In this document: positions 26,702-43,929 of the stretch, piece by piece
How positions within the stretch are numbered: the first letter of the stretch is position 1
How the letters are laid out: every line of letters begins with the position of its first letter
From: the human T2T-CHM13v2.0 reference genome, Homo sapiens
Strand: one strand, 5' to 3'
NCBI RefSeq assembly: GCF_009914755.1
Contig: NC_060947.1
Length of the DNA: 64,000 nt
Position numbers and translations under genes: made by a program
Notes under the pieces: generated by a model
Told to the model about the DNA's origin: nothing
The model's input: only the letters and a program-made list of their open reading frames with translations
The model's database searches: none

Positions 26702-26745
26702 TTAGGTTGGTACAAAAAACTGTGATTACTTTTCCACCAACCTAA
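26702..26745. mobile_element. Internally deleted MADE1 (Hsmar1 MITE)
   Basis: TTAGGTTGGT...ACCAACCTAA inverted termini, 44 bp. Confidence 0.8.
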
Positions 26746-26981
26746 TAACATGCTACAATTTCTGTAATTATTATTTTACACTGTCAAGACATAGCAGGTG
26801 GTCCGTTTTTGTTATTGTCAAGAACTGTCAGACTAAAAATGAACTTTACACTTCTTTTTAAATGATACATTTTCTAGAAAATTCAATGAGGTTTAAGAGC
26901 AATTGAAAAGTCTGATTTCAAGAGAGTCTCATCCAAAATGTACTATATATTTTTCCCCAAAGTCCTTGGAGTTAATTTTGA

Positions 26982-27353
<372 letters not shown>

Positions 27354-27520
27354 TAAAATTTTACAATGCTTTACAAAATGACTGTAGGCGGCCCATATGG
27401 AATTCGGTCAACTGGGCCAATGACACATATGGGATTGCAGTTGAAATTATCCAATTCCTACTTGATATTTGTAAGCTGCTGTGATAGCCAGTATAATTGT
27501 ACTGTAAGAATGTGGTAAAT

Positions 27521-27911
<391 letters not shown>

Positions 27912-28654
27912 TCAAGGACCTGGCTGACCTCCTGCCTAAAGGCAGAGGTTGTTAGCCTTCGCAATGGACTCAAATCAGAGGGGGAGCTTTCAAAACTCCT
28001 GCTGCCCAGACTGAACCCCAGATCAATGAAACCAAAATCTCTGGATACAGGGCTTGGCATTTGTAGCTTTTAGAGTTCCTAAGTATCTCTACTGTGCAGC
28101 CAAAGTTAAGAATCAGTGCCTTAGAACATCAACAGTTTTTTGGTCCTTTTGTTAAAAAGCACAGTCCGTTTTTTTAGGTGGCTAGAAATGCTCCAGGAAG
28201 AGCTGAAATGTATTTACCAGCCACCTTGGTTTGATTTTAGAAAGCAAAATAGAAGTTCTAAGTATGCTTTCTCTGAAAAGCTGAGACTGCAGATAAGAGT
28301 GAGGGCAGTTGATGGAGTTCATTCTCCTCTTTCAATCACTGCTTCTCATCCTTTCATTATAATAATCTAAGAATCTCAGAGATTATGAAAGAGAAAGCAG
28401 TCTTATGGAAGACCCCAGACTCACAGAATATTAGGGTGTGTTTCACAGGGAAGGATGTCATTACCCACAGTTAGTCTTTGAAACGCAGTTGGACATTATT
28501 TGTAAGTGCATCATAGTGTCGCCTCCAGGATCCATTGAGGGGAACGTCATTCCAATGCAACATCTCTGAGTTCATCTGGGTTATTAAATGGGGTTGAGGG
28601 ATTTGTTATTTTTAAATTAGTAGCCCCAATTTAGGACTACTCAAGACCATAGGA

Positions 28655-28866
28655 CAAGCCTGTCCAACCCTCGGCCTGCGGGCTGCATATGGCCGAGGAC
28701 AGCTTTGAATGCAGCCCAAGACAAATTCATAAACTTTCTGAAAATATTATGCATTTGTTTTTTAGCCCATCAGCTACTGTTAGTGTTAGTGTATTTTATG
28801 TGTGGCCCAAGACAATTCTTCTTCTTCCAGTGTGGCCCAGAGAAGCTGAAAGATTGGACACCCCTG
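28655..28866. mobile_element. MER30 hAT-Charlie MITE
   Basis: CAAGCCTGTCCAACC...AGATTGGACACCCCTG; degenerate 8-bp TSD CCATAGGA/CTATAAGA. Confidence 0.8.
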
Positions 28867-29768
28867 CTATAAGACACAGTAATATAAATACATAACCTGT
28901 GGTTCTGGATTGGCATTAGCAGATACAGGCTGTGTTGATTTTGCAGAAAGTTACAAAGAGCTGCTAGTTGGTGTGTATGTCTAAAATCAGTAGATTTCCT
29001 GTGGTTCTAAGGAATGACAAAGAATCTGGAAGTTCTCTGTGGTAGCCTGCTCAGTGCAGAAAGGGAACGTGGAAAATCCGCCACCAGCATTTGAGTCTTG
29101 GAGGTTCCACATAGGGCTATCAGGTCTCTGCTGATCACTGAAACCAGATCATGGCCAACTAGCCCCTTGGCTTCAGCCCTCCCAATTCATTAACTACTCA
29201 GGTAAATCTAGGGTCACTTTCAACTCTACCACCTACCATCTGAGTGACCTTGAAAACATTCATCTCTCTGAGCCTCAGGTCCCATGTCTGCAAAGCAGGG
29301 GCCTCATGGACTTCTTTGGGTTTTTTTGTTTTTGTTTTTGTTTCTGAGGATTAAACAAATGCTCCCTACCCTATTTCCCAGCATCCAGTAACACAGTTTT
29401 TCATATTTTTGTGTATGTTAAGTCAGGACCCATCTCTTTAATGATAAGTGCACTTAATGTGGTCATGTTTTCTTTTGTCTTCCAAAGCTGTTAGTGAATC
29501 CATTGAATTTGGGATGGGTAAAATAAAGTATCTATTATTAATTGTAAATTTCATCTAAAGTGACAAATCCTACCTGCATAACCATTTCTTAATTTCCTTT
29601 CATCATGTATCAGTGGTCAACATTGTTAACTGCGAATGAATCAGAATCCATCAAAAATTAGAACTATTTCCAGTCTGGCAAAAATTCAGCTCTGGTTGAA
29701 TCCAAACATTGTGCTGAAGCAGCTAAGTAATTCAACTGAGGAGATTAATTACATGTTATAATCAATAG

Positions 29769-29905
29769 GTTCTCTTGACACTTCAGTGTTAGGGAACATC
29801 AGCAAGACCCATCCCAGGAGACCTTGAAGGAAGCCTTTGAAAGGGAGAATGAAGGAGTCATCTTTGCAAAATAGCTCCTGCAGCCTGGGAAAGGAGACTA
29901 AAAAG
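29769..29905 (+). other. TLR8: TLR8 alternative internal exon (137 nt)
   Basis: CAATAG|GTT acceptor (weak pyrimidine tract) and AAG|GTAAAA donor. Confidence 0.75.
29849..29905 (+). CDS. TLR8: N-terminal 19 codons of the long TLR8 isoform (MKESSLQNSSCSLGKETKK; 1059 aa in total)
   Basis: 57 nt, phase 0, in frame with GAA AAC ATG at 38506; matches the known long-isoform N-terminus. Confidence 0.85.
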
Positions 29906-30649
29906 GTAAAAAGCTGTTAATTCCAGGAAGACAGCTTTACGCCCCTCCCAGACCACCTGCACTGCACACTACGTGGAATTTATTTTAGTCTCACATGGCA
30001 GCGTCCCTACCTTTGTGCCCACACATCTGGTCTCCGCCCTGGCTGCAGCCCTCCCCTTCAGGCGAATTCTGGGTGTGTCCTATCTGCTCATTGCAACTCC
30101 CAGCGAATGAGTTTTCAGCGAAGGCAGACTTTCTGACCTGTTCTTCAAACTGCACTGGTCTTTTAAAAACGTGTTTGGTGGCCATCAGCATCCAATTTCA
30201 GAAGAAAGATTTGGGTGAGGACTGAGAGAGGCTGTTGTTGTTGTGCTGTCTGTTTCCTTCAGAATCTGCAGAAGAAAATTGGCAGGTCATGTACTGTGGA
30301 CCTAACCAAAGGACAAATGATGTATGGAAAATAGAAAAACTGTTGTGAAATTGCTTCCTCATTAGCAATAACTGTATTTGGCAGGGAGAGGAGAAGTTGG
30401 GCACATTTTTTTTTCTTTTTTTTTTCATGATTCATACGTTTTCTTTAAAGAAGTGGGTTTTGCTTTTCACTGGGTGCTCTAAGACAACCCCAGTGAAAGA
30501 TCTGGACCACGAAGACCCAGTCATCCTCATAAGGGTGTTCATTGCAGCAAGCTCAAGGGCATGCCAGGCAAAGGCCTTTTTTCTGGCAGCTTGAACTTGT
30601 CTCAGCAGAGGGTTTCACAGAACAACTGTCATTTACCTGTTCTCTGCTC

Positions 30650-31107
30650 TTACTTGATTCGTTTCCCAGGACTGCTGAAACAAAGTACCACAAACTTGGT
30701 GGATCAAAACAGCAGAAATATATCCTCTCACAGTTCTGGAAACCACAAGTCAGAAACCAATGTGTTGTTGGCAGGGTTGGTTCCTTCTTAAGGGGCTAGA
30801 GGGAAAATCTGTTTCATGCTCCTCTCCCAGCTTCTGGTGGTAGCTAGCAATTCTTGATGCTCTCTGGCTTGCCGCTGCATCTCTCTAGCCTTCACCTCTC
30901 CTCATGTGGGTGGCCTTCTTTCCTGTGTGTCTATTTCCAAATTCCCCTTTTCTTATAAGGGGACCAGTTATTGGATCAGGGCCCACCTTAATTCAGTAGA
31001 TCCCATTTTAACTTGATGACATCAGCAAAGTCCAAATAAGGTTGTATTCACAGGTACCAGGGGTTAGAACTTCAAGTTATCTATTAGGGGACACAATTCA
31101 ACCTAAA
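30650..31107 (-). mobile_element. MLT1 (MaLR) LTR
   Basis: AACAAAGTACCACAAACTTGGTGG..CTCACAGTTCTGGA..GGGGACACAATTCAACC. Confidence 0.8.
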
Positions 31108-33799
31108 AACTCCCCTTTTTTGATTCTCTATTCTGCCACTTCTACTCAATCCAGGTTCTTCACTTCATCAGCTCCCAATCTAATACTTATCTTATTTCTA
31201 GTAAGCATCTCTTCCTTATCTTAACTGGTCCCTGGGGCCTGGCCCGAGCCCCATTATACCATCAGCTGTTGACATCAAGGGTGGACTTCTCTTTCGGCAC
31301 AGAAGGCACAGGGCTGTAGGCTTCAGCCTTCTCTGCTTTGCTCTGCCCCATCTACTGTTCATCCACCTGCTTTCCATTTTGCTAAACTTTGTAGAAAATT
31401 CTTGTCAGCTGTTGTCTCCTCCTACACTTTCTTTGATCTTAGAGGATTCTATTCTTTTACTATGGCTTTAATCGGAGCACCCGACTGTTAGGTTCAACCA
31501 ACAGAAGTTGGTTGTGCTCTCTCACTCTTTCTTTCTCTCTCTCTCTCTTTCTCTCTATTTGCATAGTGGTATTTTTTTTTCCTCTATTTTATTGGCAGAA
31601 TTGCCATTTCTCTAAGTTATTGTAGAGTTGCTGTTTCTCTATTTTATTTGCATATTTCTCTTCTGCCAGGCTGGATTGTTTCTATTGATTGGTTCTGCTG
31701 TAATGAGGGTGACTTCTCATTAGTATCCTTCTCACTTCATCTGGGACCAGATGCCCTTTGATATCCTTTTGGAGCCACAACTTTTGGTAGTCAGAGGCAT
31801 GGGTGTGGCTCAAAGGAAGAACTTGGCTCAGAAGGTGCAGCTCTTGCTGGGCCTTTGGTCTCTGCTCTGTCTTCTGAGATCAGTGGCTGCTGGGACCTGG
31901 GGTTCCCCCATGCCGGGCATGGTCACACAGCACTCCTATGGACTTGAGCAGAGCACCCTGCAAAGTGAGCATTAGCAATCCATTCCAACTCTGTGCAGTC
32001 CTGCACGGAATATAGAAGGTGGAGCAATGACAGTCTCCCCAACTTCTCTGCAAGCAACCTGCTCACCATTTCTTGCCCTTCCCATTTATGTACTTTTCAA
32101 AATCAGGTTATTTGGAATTTGTCGACTCATGTTTCTTACTTCAGTACTTTTTTGGGAGGGCAGCATTAGAAACCTCAAACTCTTAACTAAAAAATGTCTT
32201 TGGGAATGTTCTGGCCATTTTCATGGCCCACAATTTGCTTTAAGCTGCTTTAGACTCTCCCAGAGGCTATTTTCATCCCGAAAGAACAGAGCAGAGCTCA
32301 AAAGACTCCAGTTTTGGTCTCTAGCAGCCCCTAGAGGATTTCCCCCTCAATTCCTCTCTGCCTTGTATGAAATAGAATTGGATTTGAAATCGGATGTTGA
32401 GGCCTTACCTCCAGGCTAGTGAGGCCACACAAGATGGATCCTCTGGACCCGCCCAAGTGTCCACCTAAACATGAGTTACCAACTAACAATGTTTTGTTTA
32501 GCATGCAAAGGGAGTGGTCTGGAATCTGGCCTTGCCCTGACATATTCTCCTTGGGCCTTTTTAAAAAAATAATTTGTGTTAATCTGTAGTTAAAAATTAT
32601 AATAAGGACCTGACAAACACTACCTCAGTCAGATGATCAAGGTACACATAAATAGTGAAAGTCATGTTGATAGCATGCACCCTTCATATGATATGGCTAG
32701 AATGGCCCTGCACTTCTGTGATCTTCCTCCCCTAGACTCATCAGCTCGATCTAATCATAACAAAAGCATCAGATAAGTCCCCGCCCAGGGACATTCTACA
32801 TAACCATTTCCCTTCCCAGTTATATTTTTCTCCACAATACTTTCCACCATCTAACATTCTATCTTTCAAAATGGGCAAGTATTTTAGCCTGGTTTGTTCA
32901 TTGTTTTATCTGCAACTCAAATACAGTTCCTGAAATAAAATATCTGCCTAATAAATATTTAATGAATGAATGAATATAGCATTGCCTTATCCGTTTAATT
33001 GCCACATGGTATTTCATTGTGTGAACATAATATCGTTTATTTACCCAGACTACTACTCATAGGCATTTAGATTATTTCCGGTCTTTTGCTATTGCTAACA
33101 GCCTTTGCAATGAACATCCTTGTATACAGACATTTGCATATATGAGGGTGTGTCTTTAGGATCTACTTCTAGAATTGAAATTGCCAACTCCAAGTATATG
33201 TTTCCAATTGTGATAGATATTACACATTACCCTCCATCTTAGAGGTGGTGTTAATTTAGATTCCTGCCAGCAAAATTTAAGAGTGTTTGTTTCCCCATAT
33301 CCTCAACTGCCTAACAGAATCAGTGAAAAATGGTATGACAGTGTAATTTTTGAGTGAGGTTGAGTATCTTTTCCTATGCTTTAAGAGCAATTTATGTTTC
33401 CTTTTTATGTGAACTGTCTGTTAATATATTTTTTCAATTTTTCTATTGGGTTATTTGTCTTTTCATTAATGCATATACCTGTTACATATTTATACCAAGT
33501 ATGTATTAAATACTAACATATTGATGAAACAGAGCAAAAAGCCTAGAAATAGATCCAAATAACAGAAGAGTTAGTATGTGATACAGGAAGCCTATAAAAT
33601 CAGTGAGCAAAAGACCATCCAATTAATAACGTTAGGGTAAATGGGTCTCCATTTAGAAAAAAATAATGTGGGTCTACACCTCACATTTTATACCTAAACA
33701 ATTCCAGTGGGATAAGAAAATGAAATCATAAAAAATTACTAGGAAAAAGATGAGAAAATTGTTCATAAAACTGAAGTGTGGAAGATCCTTTATGCCTTA

Positions 33800-34300
33800 C
33801 ACTGCCCTGAGTGATCTCATTCATACCCATGGCTTCAATTGTCATGAATCCCAAATTCATTCCTCTGTCAGAACTCTCTTCTGAGCTTCAGACCCACATA
33901 CTCAGCTGCCTACTGGACACCTCTACTTGAATATCACAAACTCAACTCAAAAGCAAACCTGTCAAATTTAATTACTAGTAGCCCTACCCCAAACAATCTT
34001 CCTGCTCAGTGAATGACACCCATCCCTCCAGGTGCACAGACCAGGAACCTAGAAGTCACTCTGATTGCATCCCTCTCCCTCACAACCTCTACCTCCCTTT
34101 ATTCATCCATTGCTATGTCTCTCAAATGTACCTCCCAAATATCTCTTGAACGCGTTCTTTTCTATCTCTATTGCCACCACCCTAGTTCAAACTCCCATCA
34201 TCTCATGACTGAAGTTCTGTGCCCTCTTGCCAGTGAACACTGTAGAATCAATCTAAACATGGTGCCACCCTGCTTAAAAACCTTCAAAGGCTCACATCAC
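33800..34300 (+). mobile_element. L2 fragment
   Basis: GATCTCATTCATACCCATGGCTTCAA..GAGCTTCAGACCCACATACTCAGCTGCCTACTGGACA. Confidence 0.65.
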
Positions 34301-34309
34301 TTCTCAGAT

Positions 34310-34970
<661 letters not shown>

Positions 34971-35342
34971 TAAACTTATGTGCTTAGTAAGATGAGGACT
35001 GAAAAATGTCCACAGAACATAGTGACATGGAGATACTGAGAACCTCAACGACATCTCCATTAGCCACTTCCTCTGTGACATTCCAGTCCTCTGGGCCCCA
35101 CTGTGGCAAGCAGTCCTACCATGGCAAACATGAAAGCTGATGTGCCTTGTCTTAGACCCACACCATATCTCTCTGAATTCCTGTCCCAGGGCTTCTCTGG
35201 AGGTACAGCCTGGGAAACTCACGGGAATAGACACAGGGCCTTTGCACATGCTGCTCCCTTTTCCTGAAAAATTCCTTTGACATCTTGGTTGTGCCTTACA
35301 CATGCCTACTCAACCTTAGGATTGCAGTTCAGGTTTCACTCC

Positions 35343-35599
<257 letters not shown>

Positions 35600-36089
35600 A
35601 GGTTCCACTTCTTTATGGAAATCTTCCCCAGTTGCCTTGACTAGGCCAAAGTCCCCTCTTCTTAGGCTCTTACAGTGTCATGCACTTCTTTTTTATCACA
35701 GTGTAAACCTTGTAATGTTGTGTTTAAGTCATATCTGTTGTACCCATGAGACTGGGAGCCAATTCATATATTGTGAGTGTAATCGAACAGACTTCCCAGG
35801 CCACCCACTAGCTAATCAAGGCAGGGATGAGTCCGGAAAGTGACTTTGAAATCTAGCAATGTTGGAACTTGGAAATCACACAGGCTGAGATCTGCTCAGG
35901 TGCCTGAACAAATATAGCATTGCCTGTGGCGTCTCCCTCAAAGTGCCTTGCATGTCTGAGCCCCGTTGCCCCTTCCTTTGGTGTGCCTGTGTCTCCCGGT
36001 ACAGATGTGAAGCCTGGAGACCTGTGGCTGCCTCTGCAGGAGCTCCATGTTTTCAAGCCATAAATCATCTTAGAATTCATAGCATCTAG

Positions 36090-36658
36090 ATATATTAGTT
36101 TTCTATTACTGCAGAACAAATCGCTCCCAAATGTAGAGGCTTCAAAGAATGCCCATTGATTGGCCTTAATTTCTGTAAGTTAGAATCTGGGCAGGTTTGC
36201 CTGAGTTCTCCACTCCAAGTCTCATAAAGCCAAGCTGGGCTGTCATCTGGAGGCTCTGAGTAAAAATTTGTTTCCAGGTTCATCCAGATTGTCAGGTGAT
36301 TTCAGTTCCTTGCAGTTGTTGTTCGACTCACTACCCCACCACCACCCCGAAAACCTCATTTCCTTGCTAGCTGCCTGCAGAGAGCCACTCTCAGCTTCCA
36401 CAGGCTGCTTGCATTCCTTGTTGTGGGGCCGCTACCTCCTCAAGCCAGAAATAGGGCATCCAGTTCTTCTCATGCATCCTACCCCTCTGACTTTTCCTTC
36501 TGCCGATAACCAGAAAAAACGTTCCGCCTTCAAACGCTCGTATGATTAGACTAAGCCCATCCAGATAAATTCCCATATGCCATATACTATAATGTCATCA
36601 CAGCAGTAATACCCGGGACAAAATTCATGGGGGTCATCTTAAAATTCTGCCTATCACA
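36090..36658 (-). mobile_element. MLT1 (MaLR) LTR
   Basis: TATTAGTTTTCTATTACTGCAGAACAAAT ... CATCTTAAAATTCTGCCTATCACA. Confidence 0.7.
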
Positions 36659-37369
36659 CCAGGTATAGTAGAGGCTTGTTTTAGTGCAAGTTAAACATTA
36701 AGCAGCAACATCACGATAGTGCTGCATTTGAAAATAACTACTAGCAACTGAACATGTCTGGGAGTTCTGCTCCACTTTAATTTCCATCTCAAAAGGAGCT
36801 GGGTTTTCCTTGGCTGTTACAAATGGGCAATAATGATTGAGCTTAAGAATAATCAATGTCCACATAAAAATCTTTTATAACATAGTGAGAGTGTGACATA
36901 TAAAGGTGTTAGTTCACCGGCCCTAAATTTTAGGAGAATTTTTAAAAAGGCACTTATCTGGTTTAATCCATAATAAAGACATGAGTTGGGCTTTAGTGAA
37001 AAATCTAGGCTGGTTTCTGTGTTCAGTGAAAGAAGATTTGAGAGTTCTCTTAATTACAACCCTTGATCAAACCTACCACATTAATCTGTTTATTGCATTG
37101 TATGGTTACCAAAAGTGATATATTCAGCCCTCTATTTATTAAGAAACAGTTACAGAAAGTGAGGCACTCTCCTGTGTTACTGAGGGTGCATAAAAATATA
37201 AAGCACCATGTGTCTTCCCTAGAGAAGTTTCAAAACTAGCAAGCAAATAGCTATTAATGCTAATGTTTGTGTGATAGGGAACATATGAGTAGTAATTATT
37301 CCACAAACAATTTTTTGAGTGCTGTTTACATTTGAGGCACAGTTCAGGCACGAGGATTTCAAAAGGAGA

Positions 37370-37607
37370 TTGTGTAGCATGATGGCTTGTTAAAAATATG
37401 ATTTTGGAATCAGATTTGCTCAAGTCCCAGTGCTACAGCATACCATCCTTCAAAAAGGTACTTAAGTCTCTGAGTTTGTTTTCTCATCTGCAAAATATAA
37501 ATAATAAGAGGACCTACTGCGTCATGTTCTTGTGAGCATTAATGTGGGTGATGAAATGTTTATGAAGCACTTAGCACAATACCTGACATTTTGTTTGTTA
37601 TTATTAT
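37370..37607 (+). mobile_element. MIR
   Basis: TCTCTGAGTTTGTTTTCTCATCTGCAAAAT..GCACTTAGCACAATACCTGACA. Confidence 0.7.
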
Positions 37608-37881
37608 CAACATAAAGTGCCCACTTTCCAGTCATGCAAGAAGAAAACATAATATATGTCACCATAGAAGTATAGAACAATTGTGGGAAATACCAGTAAG
37701 AGAGATATAGCTGTATAAATAAGGTAAAGATGACTGCCTAGAAGATCTAGGATGATACCATATTAGAAGTTGCATCTGAACTCTCCTTGGGGACTGGCCA
37801 AAGTTTCATCAAGTGTCATGTCAGTAGGTTGGTGCTATAAATATATAGCTTGCAAAGCTATAGACTTACTATAAACCATAG

Positions 37882-38296
<415 letters not shown>

Positions 38297-38502
38297 CATC
38301 TTCAACTTCTTTTAGCACCATGAAGCTGAACATAGTAAAAAAGTAAAATCATTCTGGACCTAATCTGATGCAATTTATTTAATTGTTAAGTGAATGCACA
38401 CATCAAAATTCATACAAGTATGGGGCAGCGCTGCTAATTTATTTACAAAACACCTGGCAAATACTGCTACTCTAATACTGTGCTTCCACTTTTGATTTTC
38501 CT

Positions 38503-41628
<3,126 letters not shown>

Positions 41629-41682
41629 CTGACGTTAAGTCATGATTTCGCGCCATAATAAAGATGCAAAGGAATGACATTT

Positions 41683-42293
41683 CTGTATTAGTTATCTATT
41701 GCTATGTAACAAATTATCCCAAAACTTAGTGGTTTAAAACAACACATTTGCTGGCCCACAGTTTTTGAGGGTCAGGAGTCCAGGCCCAGCATAACTGGGT
41801 CCTCTGCTCAGGGTGTCTCAGAGGCTGCAATGTAGGTGTTCACCAGAGACATAGGCATCACTGGGGTCACACTCATGTGGTTGTTTTCTGGATTCAATTC
41901 CTCCTGGGCTATTGGCCAAAGGCTATACTCATGTAAGCCATGCGAGCCTCTCCCACAAGGCAGCTTGCTTCATCAGAGCTAGCAAAAAAGAGAGGTTGCT
42001 AGCAAGATGAAGTCACAATCTTTTGTAATCGAATCAAAAAAGTGATATCTCATCACTTTGGCCATATTCTATTTGTTAGAAGTAAACCACAGGTCCCACC
42101 AGCTCCATGGGAGTGACCACCTCAGTCCAGGGAAAACAGCTGAAGACCAAGATGGTGAGCTCTGATTGCTTCAGTTGGTCATCAACTATTTTCCCTTGAC
42201 TGCTGTCCTGGGATGGCCTGCTATCTTGATGATAGATTGTGAATATCAGGAGGCAGGGATCACTGTGGACCATCTTAGCAGTTGACCTAACAC
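41683..42293 (-). mobile_element. MLT1 (MaLR) LTR within the TLR8 3' UTR
   Basis: TGTATTAGTTATCTATTGCTATGTAACAAATTATCCCAAAACTTAGTGG ... GGGATCACTGTGGACCATCTTAGCAGTTGACCTAACACA. Confidence 0.75.
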
Positions 42294-42608
42294 ATCTTCT
42301 TTTCAATATCTAAGAACTTTTGCCACTGTGACTAATGGTCCTAATATTAAGCTGTTGTTTATATTTATCATATATCTATGGCTACATGGTTATATTATGC
42401 TGTGGTTGCGTTCGGTTTTATTTACAGTTGCTTTTACAAATATTTGCTGTAACATTTGACTTCTAAGGTTTAGATGCCATTTAAGAACTGAGATGGATAG
42501 CTTTTAAAGCATCTTTTACTTCTTACCATTTTTTAAAAGTATGCAGCTAAATTCGAAGCTTTTGGTCTATATTGTTAATTGCCATTGCTGTAAATCTTAA
42601 AATGAATG

Positions 42609-42614
42609 AATAAA
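42609..42614 (+). terminator. TLR8: TLR8 distal polyadenylation signal
   Basis: AATAAA at the end of the AU-rich UTR segment. Confidence 0.75.
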
Positions 42615-43929
42615 AATGTTTCATTTTACAAGAGGAGTGTATGATAAATATATCATAGAGAAATTGGTCTTTAATATAAAAGAAATTGCCATATACACTG
42701 AATTTTTTCAGAACTCTTTTTAAAAAACTATTTGGTAGAAATCAAAGGGGAAGCAGTTTTCATGACACTTTTACTTTAAGATACTTATTAATAGATAAAT
42801 TCTATCTTGATTCCCTACTCAGAAGACATAAAGTCAGAATGCCTGGCTGTTGGTAGCCTTTGTGCAATTCCCCCAAATGAAACAACTTTGGCAACCCTTT
42901 CCACTTCTACTGTCCCCTTGGTTCCTCTGCATCAGTCCATAGCATCCTCTATCCAGTATGAATCTTGAGATATCTAATGAAATTTACCTGAGAATAACTA
43001 GAAATTATCCAAGCATAAGAAAAGGAAGTTGCTTCAGAATGAAAAGAAGATAAACCTCCAATATACCATCTTTCCTTTTTAGTTAAATCTTACAGCATGA
43101 GTTACCTTTTAATATGTGCTTCTAAGAAACTGACCAAAATAATGTGTCATAGTGTTATTTAATACGCACAAAGTGGAAAGCAGTGCAAGTTTGCCAAGGA
43201 CAATTTAATTTTGTCACATTGCATGCTGTTTTGTGACCATGAAGAGTTTATACAAAGATGTTTATGCTTGTGCTTGTTGAGGTATAGGGACAAATATCTA
43301 AAAGCAAGATCAGATGGGTGTGGTATCTCACACCTATAATCCTTGGATTAAAATCTACCTCAATTGTAGGACTACCAGTTGAACCACATGCTTCCCACTG
43401 CCCTCAGCAAAGGGCACCTTAGTTAGAGGAAAGGTAGAGCCTTTCTATGGAGGAGGAATTTGTGAGGTTTGAGTTTTATCAGCTACCTGGGAGTCAGACC
43501 CTGATAGATTCTCCTTCACACTCCCTGGACCTTTTCCTGCCAAGTGGAGGCTCTCACTCAGAGGAAATCTCCATTCTTTTGATGCAGGTCATTCATACTC
43601 AGATATTCTGCACTGTTCAAGCAATAAAAATTGAATGAGCACCTATTATGTACACCAGTTGGCACTGTGTCAAAATGTACTTGTGCAGAGACCTTGGATC
43701 ATTGGTGACAGGTCTTCTTCTCCTCTGCATTTTTCTCAAGACCAGGCCTCAGTGTAGCATGTTTCCATGGAGTGAAAGAGGGGAAGGAAGAGTGGGCTTT
43801 GGAAAGTGGCAGCTGTGTCATAGCAGTCAGCCTCTGTGTATGTGAAGGACTTTCCAGAGCCCCCCCACTAAAGCCTCCATGCTCCTCCTGGGACTGCCAC
43901 AGTTCTTGAAACTATCCATACAGTCTTCA

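Larger units (their letters stand above)
41629..42632 (+). other. TLR8: TLR8 3' UTR
   Basis: Stop codon to AATAAA 42609-42614; distal third is AU-rich. End approximate. Confidence 0.8.
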
